Below, piece after piece: positions 1 through 31,973 of a stretch of 64,000 nt of DNA. The DNA is from the human T2T-CHM13v2.0 reference genome, Homo sapiens. Within the stretch, counting starts at the first letter, position 1, and each line of letters opens with the position of its first letter. The DNA lies in the NCBI RefSeq assembly GCF_009914755.1, contig NC_060946.1; one strand, given 5' to 3'. The notes under the pieces are model-generated. The model searched no databases. It was not told where the DNA came from and saw only the letters and a list, made by a program, of their open reading frames with translations. Made by a program: the position numbers and the translations under genes.

Positions 1-91
1 GAAGAGTGGAAGAGTAAGAAACCTTCTGCCCTCATGGAGCACACATTCTGGCAGTCAAGATTCAAATGCCCTGTTTAAAGTTAACATATTT

Positions 92-1089
<998 letters not shown>

Positions 1090-1133
1090 TTAGCATCTGA
1101 CAGACTTTTTAGTATAACCCTCAGTCATACAAT

Positions 1134-1964
<831 letters not shown>

Positions 1965-2250
1965 GGATGAAATGATTATTTACTGAGTACCTACCATAAG
2001 CAAGCAGCATGCTCATACTCGGGACAGGAAAGTGAACTAAACCAGACTTGGTCCCTGCCCTCAAGGGGCTTACATCTACTGGAGGAGACAGGACAATGAG
2101 TCAATTACGTAAATCATAATTATGAGTTATAACTGTCATCACTACTTCAAAGGGAACAACACTGTAAGATGACATAATAGTGTGTTTTGACCATACAAGG
2201 AGATCAAGGTGCTAAAGGAGGAGCACAAGTTAATTAGATAAAGGGGAGCA

Positions 2251-3913
<1,663 letters not shown>

Positions 3914-4303
3914 AGCCAGATTGTGAAGATTTTAGTTCTAGGACATGGAAGTCTCCCCTCTTTTAATGCAGGGTGGTGTAGTTGGAAGAGAACTGCGCTT
4001 GGAGTCAAAGACCCCTGGGTCCTGCCCCTCACTGGATGCCCTGATACACCCACTAGGCAGCCGGTAAACTCCTTGAACGGCCTAAGTTTCTGCACTTATC
4101 AGACGGAACCAATAACACACGCTTTTAGGACTCTAGGAGATCTGGAGTTGATTCTCCAGTAGTTCTCTGTCCCTTCCTCACAATGCAACCTTTAAGTAGT
4201 CCCTGGGCCTCAGCTTCCCTTGCTTGTAGAAGCCGCCATAACGGCACGGGGAGGGGGCAGGCTGCCAGAGGTGGGTCATGGTGCGTCTGTCCGTTCGTCT
4301 TAC

Positions 4304-4570
4304 CTGAAAGCATCGGCGGAATTTGACGAACCCAGGGCCGGTCCCGCCACGGGTCCCTCAGGGGACCCCGCAAAGTTCTGGGTCGGCCCCCGACAGCCGG
4401 TGCCCCCAAACTCACAGCAAGGGGTGCCCTTTGCCTTGTGCTGGGGGATGAGGAGGGGAGTTGGGGAGAGGCCCATTTTGCTACTCTGAGTCCAGGCGTT
4501 CTCTAGGCAACGCCGGCGCGGTCTCCACTTTCCCGTTTAGCATAACAATGGAACCTTCGTGAGCCGCCGC
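4304..4570 (-). other. FAM227A: Probable non-coding first exon of the divergent gene FAM227A (5' end approximate)
   Basis: Strong minus-strand donor CAG|GTAAGA at 4304/4303 inside the CpG island. The gene name comes from recalled head-to-head synteny with CBY1; no FAM227A coding sequence is in the window. Confidence 0.55.
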
Positions 4571-4859
4571 GTTGTCCGCGAGATGCCGTTTCTATGGTGA
4601 CAGCCGGGCCGGGGGCCCAGACCAATGTGTCAGTGGAGAGGGTGAATGCAGGTCCTGGTCCTAGAGGCATGAAAAGGACCCCAGAAGACACTGCCTTTGT
4701 ATAATCCGTTTGCTATCCCGAGGTGATTCACGGAGTTTCTGGGGATTGGCGCAGGCTGGCGCTGGGAACCCCCGCGCCGGTTACCCCTTTCCTCGGTGGT
4801 AGAGGCCGGGCGGGGCAGCGCATGCGCGTGGCGGGCAGGCGGCAGGAGGCGGGTGGGTC

Positions 4860-4934
4860 AAGGTAACTCTGGGCTACAGAGTCCTTGCTGGGGGTTCGGG
4901 GAGCGCTTGGACCCCGGCTTCTGGGACGCGTCAG
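4860..4934 (+). other. CBY1: CBY1 non-coding exon 1 (start approximate)
   Basis: Donor TCAG|GTACGT at 4934/4935, just downstream of the NRF1/GC-box core. Confidence 0.7.
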
Positions 4935-5670
4935 GTACGTCTCCGAGTCCGGCGTCGCCGGCCAGCGCTGCCTGGGTTCACTCGGGGGCCCGAGCTGAGT
5001 AGGACGTCCGGGCCTCGCCTGGAGAGAGGCTTCAGGAGGGCCTGGGGAAGGGGACGGAGGCCGGGCGACCCCGGGCGGTGGCCGCCCTCCTCTGTGTGTC
5101 TCCGCGGTTGTGAATTGGGGCGGTAATTCCTCCCCGTAGGTCGCCGTGAAGATGATTGCATGAGATCGTGCGTGTGAACGTTTGTTGACAGCTGTTACTT
5201 GAGTCCGACAGCCCTGGGGGCCGTGCACCTGCGTAACATGGCTACCTCTGAACTCCTTGGGGGACACGTATATCTTTGAGAATCCGATGAAAACCAGAGA
5301 TTCCGCCCTTGTTTTCTTAGAATTAAAGTAAGATAATATATTTTATGGCCTGTTGCAAACGGAAAACCTTTACACAATGATTAGTGATTAGTATCAGTAT
5401 CTGTGGACTGGGAAGGCTCTACTTACTCGATCCTCTTCCCAGGGTCGTTGTGAGGATCAAGTGCACAGCTTCCTATAAACACTAAAACACTATAACATCT
5501 TGTGAGCCAGGTACTATTATTATTCCTCAGTGCAAAGAAAGAAGCCGAAGTCCAAGGGGGGTAAATGCTGGGGTCCCACTGTGGGTGAGCCGCAGAGTGA
5601 TCATTGGAAGCCAGGTGCTCCCCCTTCACTTCCTGTGTGCGGAGCACGCTCGCCCTGGGAGTTTCACTAG

Positions 5671-5784
5671 AAAGAAGGTTGCCATGGGCCAGTGGGACAG
5701 CTTGTATCTCAAGTGCACGCGGATGCCCCAGAATCCCAGGATCTCAGCTGAGCTGTTTGTGGATTATTAGATCTGACTTAAAAG
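5671..5784 (+). other. CBY1: Candidate 114-nt alternative 5'-UTR cassette exon of CBY1 containing a 28-aa uORF (5684-5770)
   Basis: Acceptor TTTCACTAG|, donor AAAG|GTAGCT; gccATGg ... TAG. Confidence 0.5.
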
Positions 5785-6059
5785 GTAGCTAATCCAGACC
5801 CTTCCTCATCTGTAATACATGGATGACAGCTCCCAGCTGTAGTGTTATGAGAATTAGTGCGGTCATGAGTAAGGTGCCCAGTTAAAGCCCGAGAAGTAAA
5901 GCAGCTGGGCCAAGGTCTAGCAGGCAACTGAAGGGCAGAGCCAGGCCCCTAAACTTGTTGTGTCCAGCCCATGTGCTCAGGCCCAGTGCAGTTAGCATCA
6001 GTGGGGACTTGACTTATTTCTCCTTCTTCAAATGTCTCTAGATTTTAGGCATGCTGGGG

Positions 6060-9676
<3,617 letters not shown>

Positions 9677-10204
9677 TAACTACCAGGAAAGCTGTCATGA
9701 GCACATAACCCCAAATACCTTCATTTATTTATAAATTACATATACATATACTTATGTATTGTATGTTTTACATACATTCCAAAGAAGCTTCTTAACTTTT
9801 ATCATTAATTTTAGTGAGATCAATTTCTCCCTTAATGAAAGCAGCCTGGAAGTTTTTTTTCCTGTTCTCATTGGATACATATCTTGCTGATTGTGATGGA
9901 TTCATACTTTGAATTCTCTTTTAATGATAATGGATATAAAACTTTGTTTCAAATAGTCTTGAAAAGATACCAACCCCTCCTCCTGCCTTTTTTGGCCCAT
10001 TTCTTGTCAGATCCAGTTAACCCGTTACTGCTTTTATTTCATAATGTAGTGAAGGAAGACCTTACGCCCAGGAGGAGCAGTGAGAGGTCGGCTGTTTTCT
10101 TTTTGCTCACTTGTGCCGTCATTGTTGTTCTCTTCAGTCTATGGCTTCTTAGAAGGATTCTTTGTAAGCTGTGTGCGTGATATAAATTAAAATTGAATAA
10201 TATA

Positions 10205-15670
<5,466 letters not shown>

Positions 15671-15730
15671 AAAATCTTAGCATACCGCGTAGCACAAAGG
15701 GAGCGTTCAGCACATGGGAGCTATTACCAG

Positions 15731-16101
15731 GCGTCTTAATCCATTTTGTGCTGCTGTTACAGATTACCACAGACTGGGTAATTTATAAAGAAAAGAAGTT
15801 TATTTGGCTCACAGTTCTGGAGACTGGGAAGTCCAAGAGCATGGTGCAAGTATCTGGTGAGGGTCATCCTGTGTGAGGCAGAAGGCTCACATGGTGAGCA
15901 AGTGCATGAGACAGACAGCATGGCAGCAGAACTCATCCTTTTGCCAGGAGCCCACGCCAGAGAAAACTAACCTACTCCATGACAATGGCATTAATCCATT
16001 CATGAGAGCAGAGCTCACATGGCCCAGTCACCCCTTATACTGTTAAACAATGGCAATTCAATTTCAACATGAGTTTTGGTGGGGACATTCAAACCATAGC
16101 A
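15731..16101 (-). mobile_element. MST-family (ERVL-MaLR) solo LTR
   Basis: Ends CAAACCATAGCA (reverse complement of the TGCTATGGTTTG LTR start); typical AGACTGGGTAATTTATAAAGAAAAGAAGTTTATTTGGCTCACAGTTCTGG. Confidence 0.8.
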
Positions 16102-16248
16102 CCAGGATCGTTAGTAGCCACATGATAAAATGTATGTCTTCAAGATTTGAAGACAATGGCATAAGGTCAGTGATCCAGCTGCTTGTACCCCTGACTTTTT
16201 CTGACCCTAGGAGAAGGGAGCACTGGCTTTGCTTTCATCAGGCCAAAG

Positions 16249-16326
16249 ATGCCTTTCTTTGGGAATACGTTCAGTCCGAAGAAGACACCTCCTCGGAAGT
16301 CGGCATCTCTCTCCAACCTGCATTCT
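16249..16326 (+). CDS. CBY1: Chibby homolog 1, coding exon 1 (exon begins at 16211): MPFFGNTFSPKKTPPRKSASLSNLHS
   Basis: Acceptor CTGACCCTAG|, aagATGc start, donor TCT|GTGAGT; matches the CBY1 N-terminus including the RKSAS 14-3-3 site. Confidence 0.97.
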
Positions 16327-16549
16327 GTGAGTGTCGGTACTGGGGTCGGCCGGGTGTGCAGCATGAGTTGAGTGCTGAGCGTGTCTCTGAATGGAAAATG
16401 TGGTCCTCCAGAGGCATCGGTGCAGGAGGGCATCCTTTCCGTCCATATCATTGCTATTGCGGAAAACATTTTTGAACTCTTGTTTGGGAATGATCGTCAG
16501 AGCTTGTTTATCCAAGAACCTAAGAAGACAATCTCATTATGATATTTGA

Positions 16550-16864
<315 letters not shown>

Positions 16865-17574
16865 AGTATTATCCAATTTGACTTCTACTTTATTCTGTGA
16901 CCTTTTCCTACAGAGCTAGCTATGCAGACTGGCCATGTCTTCACAGAAGGCGAGTGGGGTTGAACAACAAGGCTGTGGGGGCTGAGCATTCACTCCAGGT
17001 TTCAGGTCTTAAGAGTCTGTTGTCTCCTGTTCCCAGTGAAAATCATGGTGGGGGCAGCCCCACTGTGGCCAGAGCTGGGCATTCTGTGGAGCAGGCCAGG
17101 CAGAGGCTTAGGATCTCAGTTTCTGGTGCCCCTAGGCCTGAGGCTCCCTTTCCTTTCTGCCATGTGTGAGAGATGCAGATACACCTGGCGGTCCCTCTAG
17201 GACATCCTCTGTCCTAATCCCACACAGCGTAAGAGCAGCAGTGTGCTTACATGACGTCTGTCTCTGACCGTGACTTGAAGTCGGTCCTCCCCTACATTGT
17301 TTTCCACATGCTGACAGGTACTTGTAAGCCTTGGTACTTGTAAGGCCTCCACAGCGCTCCGTATGGTCACTGGTGGATTTTATTAGTTCCCCGTTATTAC
17401 AGGATAACCACCCAGATCTTGGGAGCAGCACAAATGACCCTTGGTGGCCTCACTCCAGCTCTCCTTCCTGCCCTTGCCCTCTGCACACCCTGTGCTGCAG
17501 CCGCCCAAGCCCCGTGTGAACCTCCTCTGCGCACGCTACTCCTTCTGCCTAGAATGTTTAATTCTAGAATCTAG

Positions 17575-17880
17575 AATAGATTAATTAAAGAGCTATTGAT
17601 TGATACCTTTCTATGTGCCAGGCACTCTCCTAAGCACTGGGCATGCAGAAGTGGATGAAGGAGGGGAGAGAAAAACATCAAATCCCTGCTTTCATGGGGC
17701 AGATACTTTAACGGAAGGCTACAGAAAATAAGCAAATTTATATCAGATGGTGATATGTGCCAGACAGCAAGACAAAGCATAGGCCTGGGATGGGGTGTGG
17801 CTGAGCACTGGGGACTGAGCTTTCATTTTCAACAGGGTGGTCAGGAAGGCCTAACTGAGAAAGGGACATTTGAGCACTTA
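17575..17880. mobile_element. L2 3' fragment
   Basis: ctatgtgccaggcactctcctaagcactggg...ggaaggcctaactgagaaagggacatttgagc. Confidence 0.65.
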
Positions 17881-18003
17881 CCTGAAGGTCTCCCTGTGTT
17901 GAGCCGCTATTGAGGGCAGAGCTGGTCGTACCCATCCCTGGATACCCAGTACCGAGTCCCGAATCGGGGTGGGTGCTCAGTGAGTTGTAGAAATGAATAT
18001 CTA

Positions 18004-18615
<612 letters not shown>

Positions 18616-19077
18616 ATAGAATATGTAAATTGTACTGTCGCACGTTAAGAAGCAACTCCTCTTCCTCCTAATTGTTAGAATTTTATGTCTTTTCCACAAC
18701 ATATGTAGCTCCATATTAAGCAAATGATAACTTGGGGGACTATTACATTTAAAAAGAATTTTTCACTTGATTAACAGTTTATAGTAGGATTGCTTAAACT
18801 ATTAAGTGTCAAGTAGGTATAAAATAATTCAATTTATAAATTTCAGTATATATAGCTTTTCTGGAAAACATCTAATGTATAAAACAGTATATTTTTTATC
18901 TCACAATTAAACTTTTCCTGTACATCATTTGATTTTATGGCTTTAAAAAAATCATTAAAGGTGCCAAGTAATGATTAGAGAAATGAGTTGTTGGGGTCAT
19001 ATTGTTGGTGGAAGAGGAGCTGGGATGAAGGCGTGTTCCGGGCCTGCTGAAGTTGTCACATAGCATCTCGCCCACAG

Positions 19078-19183
19078 TTGGATCGATCAACCCGGGAGGT
19101 GGAGCTGGGCTTGGAATACGGATCCCCGACTATGAACCTGGCAGGGCAAAGCCTGAAGTTTGAAAATGGCCAGTGGATAGCAG
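19078..19183 (+). CDS. CBY1: CBY1 coding exon 2: LDRSTREVELGLEYGSPTMNLAGQSLKFENGQWIA
   Basis: CCCACAG| acceptor, CAG|GTGAGC donor, phase consistent. Confidence 0.97.
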
Positions 19184-19263
19184 GTGAGCTGCACTTCCTG
19201 CCATTTTGTCAAACAAGATTGTAGGAGGAAATCCCCCTTTAACTGGTTCTGTCCTTCCTCCAG

Positions 19264-19382
19264 AGACAGGGGTTAGTGGCGGTGTGGACCGGAGGGAGGT
19301 TCAGCGCCTTCGCAGGCGGAACCAGCAGTTGGAGGAAGAGAACAATCTCTTGCGGCTGAAAGTGGACATCTTATTAGACATG
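19264..19382 (+). CDS. CBY1: CBY1 coding exon 3 (coiled coil: ETGVSGGVDRREVQRLRRRNQQLEEENNLLRLKVDILLDM)
   Basis: CTTCCTCCAG| acceptor, ATG|GTGAGG donor. Confidence 0.97.
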
Positions 19383-20035
19383 GTGAGGCAGGTGATGGGG
19401 AAGAGAGGCCTAGCTTCTCCTTTTGGGGAGGCTCCACCTCGAGTCACTTAATCCAACAGATATCTCCTCAATGCCAGTTTGGCCAGGTACGTTGCTTTGC
19501 ATCCAAAGCCACACGCAAGAAACAAGACACAGTTCCTGCCCTCACAGTGTAGAGGCAGGTGGACCGACCGTAAGCATAATTACATAAGGACCCAGTTGGA
19601 GTCTGCACAGGATCTGCACAGCACACGAGGGAGAAGTTATTTCTGTCAAGTCGGGAGAGCTTCCCAGAGGAAGGGATATCTGAGCTGAATGTGGAAGGAT
19701 AATGGCAGGAATGGAGGTTAGATGAAGGCATTCCAGGAAGAGGGGTAGAGCCGGCTCATGGCTTGGAAGTGTCTCATACCAAGTAGGCATTAATCAGTGC
19801 CCAGTACAGACCAGCTGAGGGGCTCACACTGCATTAGTGTTGGTTTCTTGTGGCTGTTAAAAATCCAGCAACCCACTGGGCCTAGAGGAGCCTGTGAAGG
19901 TTCAGAGGCAGGAGAGCATACACTGTAGTGGTTAAGAGCACACACTCCAGAGCAAAATGGCCTGGGTTCCTCACCCAGCTCTGCTACTGACTAACTGCTC
20001 TGTAACTTAATTTCTTCAGCAATAAATGGCATAAT

Positions 20036-20808
<773 letters not shown>

Positions 20809-21351
20809 TGGATGTTTTTTTTTAAAAATGAGCATAATCGTAGTATCTACCTCATAGTGAGTTAGTACAAGAAAAGCACCCAGCCTGGCCGACAGAGCGA
20901 GACCGTGTCTCAGAAAACAAACAAACCAAAAAACAAAAACAAAAAAACCCTAAGGAGGAAAGTGGCATTCTATTTCCAGCATTTTTTCCCCTCATCCCCA
21001 TTATGGGAGCTACAGCTTAGAATCAATTTCAGCTCTAATCCCTTAGCCTTACAATCACCAGTATCTGCCTTTGACGTCCTCTGAGACCTGCTCTCCTTCG
21101 TGCAGGGAGTGCCATGCCCTCGTGGGTGACAGCGTGCTGACAGAGTGGACTGTGAATATTCTTCAAGTACTTGTGGTCCTGGGTCATCAGGGGTTGCATT
21201 CTACCCAGTTACAGAGGGTTTCCCATCGAGGAGGCCAGCAGCATCAGAGAAGTGGCAGGGGGCCTTTCCTCCGTGTGTAGGGCCGGCCTTGCTAACCCGA
21301 AACATTTCCTAGAAATGTGCTGCTTGCTAACAGCCGCTGCTTCACTTTCAG

Positions 21352-21429
21352 CTTTCAGAGTCCACTGCCGAATCCCACTTAATGGAGAAGGAACTGGATG
21401 AACTGAGGATCAGCCGGAAGAGAAAATGA
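21352..21429 (+). CDS. CBY1: CBY1 last coding exon: LSESTAESHLMEKELDELRISRKRK*
   Basis: TTCACTTTCAG| acceptor; TGA at 21427-21429; spliced total 78+106+119+78 nt = 126 aa plus stop. Confidence 0.97.
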   Translation, partial: LSESTAESHLMEKELDELRISRKRK

Positions 21430-22024
21430 AGACCCCAGAGACATTTATTGGGGAGTAGGATGTGGCTGAGTGCTTTTTTTTTGGCCAGACTAGCGGATTC
21501 AGTCCTGGAAGAGAGTATCATATAATGAGACCCACAGGCACTGGCACCCTTGGGTTGGCAATAGAAGGTGACATGGAATGGAGAAAACCAAGATTCCAGA
21601 TGGGGATAGTAACTAGAAGGTGCTTCAGATGCACTGCCTGCGGGTGCCAGTCTGAAAACCAGACCGCACAGAGGCCTGGGGCTGCTGATGAGCTTTTCGG
21701 TGCTCTCCACACACAAGCTCGCAAACACACATGTCCCAGAATAGCTCTGTTGGGTTGTGTTGGGAGAAGCGGCTGGAGTTCATTCTCTCACCCCCTTATG
21801 TTGGTGTTTGGCGTGTGACAGCAGTTCTACAGAGCTCTGTGTTGGGGTCATGGATGAGCGGCTCTCTTGGCTCTTAAAGGCAGGCCTCTCTCTTCTTGCC
21901 TTTAAAGAATCCTCCTTCCTCACACCTGGCCTCCTCTGGCTTCAGCTTCTCAGCAGCAAGCACCAGCCTTCCACAACAACACTATATTTTTATGCTACTT
22001 TCCTGTTTGCACTACTACTTTTTT

Positions 22025-22030
22025 ATTAAA
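22025..22030 (+). terminator. CBY1: Probable CBY1 polyadenylation signal ATTAAA
   Basis: ATTAAA about 600 nt after the stop, in U-rich context, just before the downstream Alu block. Confidence 0.65.
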
Positions 22031-22089
22031 CGATGTTAAATAATCTCTCTGTGACCAAAGTGACTAAAAAGAGAACCATGAGTTTCTCA

Positions 22090-28539
<6,450 letters not shown>

Positions 28540-29029
28540 TCACCTACTTACTAGAAATCTATGTACTATGCCTCAGTTTCCTCATTTCTAAAATGGGGAT
28601 AACAGTGCCTACCCCAGTGAGCTGCTGTGAAGATTAAAGGAGGACACACCGCACCCACCCACACCCACAGGCACCAGAGCACCTGGTATTTAGGTGTTAA
28701 CTCTTACCTTTGTTTGGTACATAGGGAAGATTTACCTGATGTTTTCCCAAAAGACCTGCAAGACACTAATTTATTCCTACCAAGTAAAACATGGCTCAGG
28801 AAAACGAAACTGGATCAGTGTCTCTCTAAAACAGCCCAAGAAGCAGGCCAAGGAGATGGACAAGGAAGATAAATCTTTGGCCCTGGTCACAGGCCGAATT
28901 AAGAAATCCGGCAAGGTGGGGCGCAGTGGCATAGGCCTGTAATCCTAGGACTTGGGGAGGCTGAGGCAGTCGGATTGCTTGAGTCTCGGAGTTCAAGACC
29001 AGCCTAGGCAACACAGTGAAACCCTGTCT

Positions 29030-29044
29030 TTATATATATATGTA

Positions 29045-29081
<37 letters not shown>

Positions 29082-29251
29082 GTATATATACATAATACGT
29101 ATATATGTATACGTATGTATATATATACATATATACACATACCTATATACACATATATACATATATACACATATATACATATATATACATATATACGTAT
29201 ATATATACACACACATAAAATATATATTATATATAATATATAACTATATAT
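29030..29251. repeat. Complex (TA)n/(TG)n/(TACA)n microsatellite
   Basis: tatatatatatgtatgtgtgtgtg...atatatacatatatac. Confidence 0.95.
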
Positions 29252-29252
29252 A

Positions 29253-29552
<300 letters not shown>

Positions 29553-30181
29553 GCTAAAATCTTACAAAAAGCGACCTGTTCCACTGTCCCTTGGGCCTGC
29601 GGTGATGGTGGGCCTGACTCCATTCGTCTTTAAACATCTCTATTCCCGGCCACATCTTTGGCCACCTATGCTCGAATAAAGTGTTGTCTTGGAGCCTGTT
29701 GTAAATTTAAGAATAAACTTTTGTTAAAAAAAAAAATACAGTGGCTCATCATCTCTTGAGTTGTTTTCACTCAGCCACTCCTACCTTAGCTGTGAACTTA
29801 AAGTAAAACAAGCCCCCAGAATCTTGCCAGAGTCAGCCCTTTGATCTTTGTTCTCCCCTGAACTCTATTACCTGGAATTAAAACAACGCATTTGAAAAAA
29901 AGAAAAACAAGCAAGTTTCTGAGCTCACCCTATACCCGCTGAACAGAATGACTGCGGTGGCGCCCCAGAACCTCTCACAGGCCTCTCAGCTGCTGCTAAT
30001 GCCCGCCGAAGCCCCGACGCCCGGATAAGGCCAGGGCTGCCGGACCCGCTGCGGGCACTGGAGGACCCGGGGCTAGAGGGCGCCGCTCTCGCCCGGCTCG
30101 CGCCTCGGCTCCCGGAAAAGCAGCTCTGTCCGCCGTTCGGCTGCGCTCACCTCCTTTCCGCTTCCGGTGTCCCCTACAGTC

Positions 30182-30298
30182 ATGGCTGCCGCCGTCGCTG
30201 CTGCCGGTGCAGGGGAACCCCAGTCCCCGGACGAATTGCTCCCGAAAGGCGACGCGGAGAAGCCTGAGGAGGAGCTGGAGGAGGACGACGATGAGGAG
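30182..30298 (+). CDS. TOMM22: TOMM22 exon 1 (acidic cytosolic domain MAAAVAAAGAGEPQSPDELLPKGDAEKPEEELEEDDDEE)
   Basis: gtcATGg start, GAG|GTACTA donor; matches human TOM22. Confidence 0.97.
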
Positions 30299-30525
30299 GT
30301 ACTAGGGCCTCGCGGGGTGCAGAGCGGGAAGCGGGCCCGCTCGTGGGTGTGGGATCCGCGTGGTACGGGATCGGAGCGAAGCGGCTGCTTTGGGAGGCGG
30401 GGTTAGGGGCCCTGCTGGGCCCTGGGTGCCCTAGCTCCAGTGGGGCTCGGCGGCTCCCAGTGCCGCAGCGGGGCCAGGAATGGATGTCGCTTTTTCGGCT
30501 AAGACCCGCGTCTACTCCACCACAG

Positions 30526-30644
30526 CTAGATGAGACCCTGTCGGAGAGACTATGGGGCCTGACGGAGATGTTTCCGGAGAGGGTCCGGTCCGCGGCCGGA
30601 GCCACTTTTGATCTTTCCCTCTTTGTGGCTCAGAAAATGTACAG
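30526..30644 (+). CDS. TOMM22: TOMM22 exon 2 (LDETLSERLWGLTEMFPERVRSAAGATFDLSLFVAQKMYR)
   Basis: CCACAG| acceptor, CAG|GTAAGG donor. Confidence 0.97.
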
Positions 30645-31081
30645 GTAAGGAACGAGGGCAAAGGCACTGGGTACGTGCATGGGATGGTCGTGGTGCTGTG
30701 AAAGAACACGGGGTTTGGAAGCAGCAGACCCGTGTTGGGTGACCTTGGGCTTGTACCCTATCCTTTCTTAGTTTCCTCTTCTGTAAAATGGGGATTCTTA
30801 CCTGGCAGGGGAGTTGTGGGGGTTATTTCAGATTGTTGGAGATAATTAATGAATAAGGAGCTTTGTAAGAACTCAGGAGAATGTTAAACCGCCATCACTA
30901 GATGATACAGCTACCATAGCTGCTCCTCCTGTCTCTGGTAGGAGTATGGTGTAAGGAGCGGGTAGAATACGTTTATCAAAAACATTGGAGTATGTAATGT
31001 GAGAGGTTTGGTTACTGGGTAGTTCTTGCCTGTTTTGTTTGCATGTCTTCATGCTCACCCTCTGGGGATTTTCCTCTGCAG

Positions 31082-31199
31082 GTTTTCCAGGGCAGCCTTG
31101 TGGATTGGGACCACTTCCTTTATGATCCTGGTTCTTCCCGTTGTCTTTGAGACGGAGAAGTTGCAAATGGAGCAACAGCAGCAACTGCAGCAGCGGCAG
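31082..31199 (+). CDS. TOMM22: TOMM22 exon 3 (transmembrane segment ALWIGTTSFMILVLPVVF and Gln-rich stretch)
   Basis: TTCCTCTGCAG| acceptor, CAG|GTGAGC donor. Confidence 0.97.
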
Positions 31200-31257
31200 G
31201 TGAGCCCAGACCTTGGGCTTTTTGCCAGTGGTGGAGACGCAAGTTATTTCACTAACA

Positions 31258-31791
31258 CATTGGTCCCCAACCTTTTTGGCACCAGGGACTGGTTTCATGG
31301 AACACAGTTTTTACATGGATGGTGGGTTGGGGGTGGCCGGGGGTCGGGGCGGGGGGCGGTTCTGGATGATTCAAGTGCATTACATTTATTGTGCACTGAA
31401 TTTCTATTATTACATTGTAATATATAATGAAATAATTCTATAACGTAGAATGAGTGGGAGCCCTGAGCTTGTTTTCCTGCAACTAGACAGTCCTGTCTGG
31501 GGGTGATGGGAGACAGTGACAGATCATCAGGCATTAGATTTTCATAAGGAGCTTGCAACCTAGATCCCTCGCATGCACTGTTCACAAGGGTTTGTGTTCC
31601 TATGAGAATCTAACGCTGCTGCTGATCTGACAGGAGGTGGAGCTCAGGCAGTAATGTGAGCGATGGTGAACAGCAGTAAACACAGATGAAGCTTCTCTCA
31701 CTTGCCTGCTGCTGATCTACTGCTGTGTGGCTCAGCTCCTAACAGGCCATGGGCCAGTGCCAGTCCACAGCCCAGGGGTTGAGGGCTCCTG
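31258..31791 (-). mobile_element. MER1A-like DNA transposon in TOMM22 intron 3
   Basis: Reverse complement of the 1134-1964 element; ends TGGTCCCCAACC...GGGGTTGAGGGCTCCTG. Confidence 0.85.
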
Positions 31792-31973
31792 TTGTAGCAC
31801 CTGAGTTGACCAACAGTTAATGTGTGGGTGGGGATTGGGATCGGGCCCATGCTCTTTTAGTTGTCTGACTGTGCTTTCAGTATTATTTTTGTAGACGTTG
31901 GCCCCATCAGGTATGGTGAGAATAAGCTCTCTAGGCCTGTATGATGCCTTACACCCCTCCTTTTCTTTTCCAG

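Larger units (their letters stand above)
4200..5250. promoter_or_regulatory. CpG-island bidirectional promoter (FAM227A/CBY1)
   Basis: CpG-dense; X-box-like GTTCTCTAGGCAAC (4498-4511) and GTTTCTATGGTGAC (4588-4601); reverse CCAAT (4745-4749); GC box (about 4808-4815); NRF1 palindrome GCGCATGCGC (4818-4827). Confidence 0.85.
29950..30650. promoter_or_regulatory. TOMM22 CpG-island promoter
   Basis: CpG-dense; ETS/GABP-type CTTCCGG at 30161-30167, about 20 nt upstream of the ATG. Confidence 0.85.

Noticed and set aside
4728-5267. Long Pro/Arg/Gly-rich ORFs in CpG islands (also 30180-30605, 49022-49555, 49342-50025, 54140-54715)
   Set aside because: Stop codons are naturally rare in GC-rich DNA; many use non-ATG starts and none resembles a family I recognise
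19206-19263. In-frame upstream AG at 19224 that would add GGNPPLTGSVLPP to CBY1
   Set aside because: The remaining intron would be 41 nt, too short for normal splicing, and it lacks a pyrimidine tract
28694-28942. 82-aa ORF containing the TMA7-like peptide as a functional retrogene
   Set aside because: The ORF-track start is non-ATG, the N-terminus is unrelated flanking DNA, the TMA7 core is deleted and the C-terminus runs into an Alu
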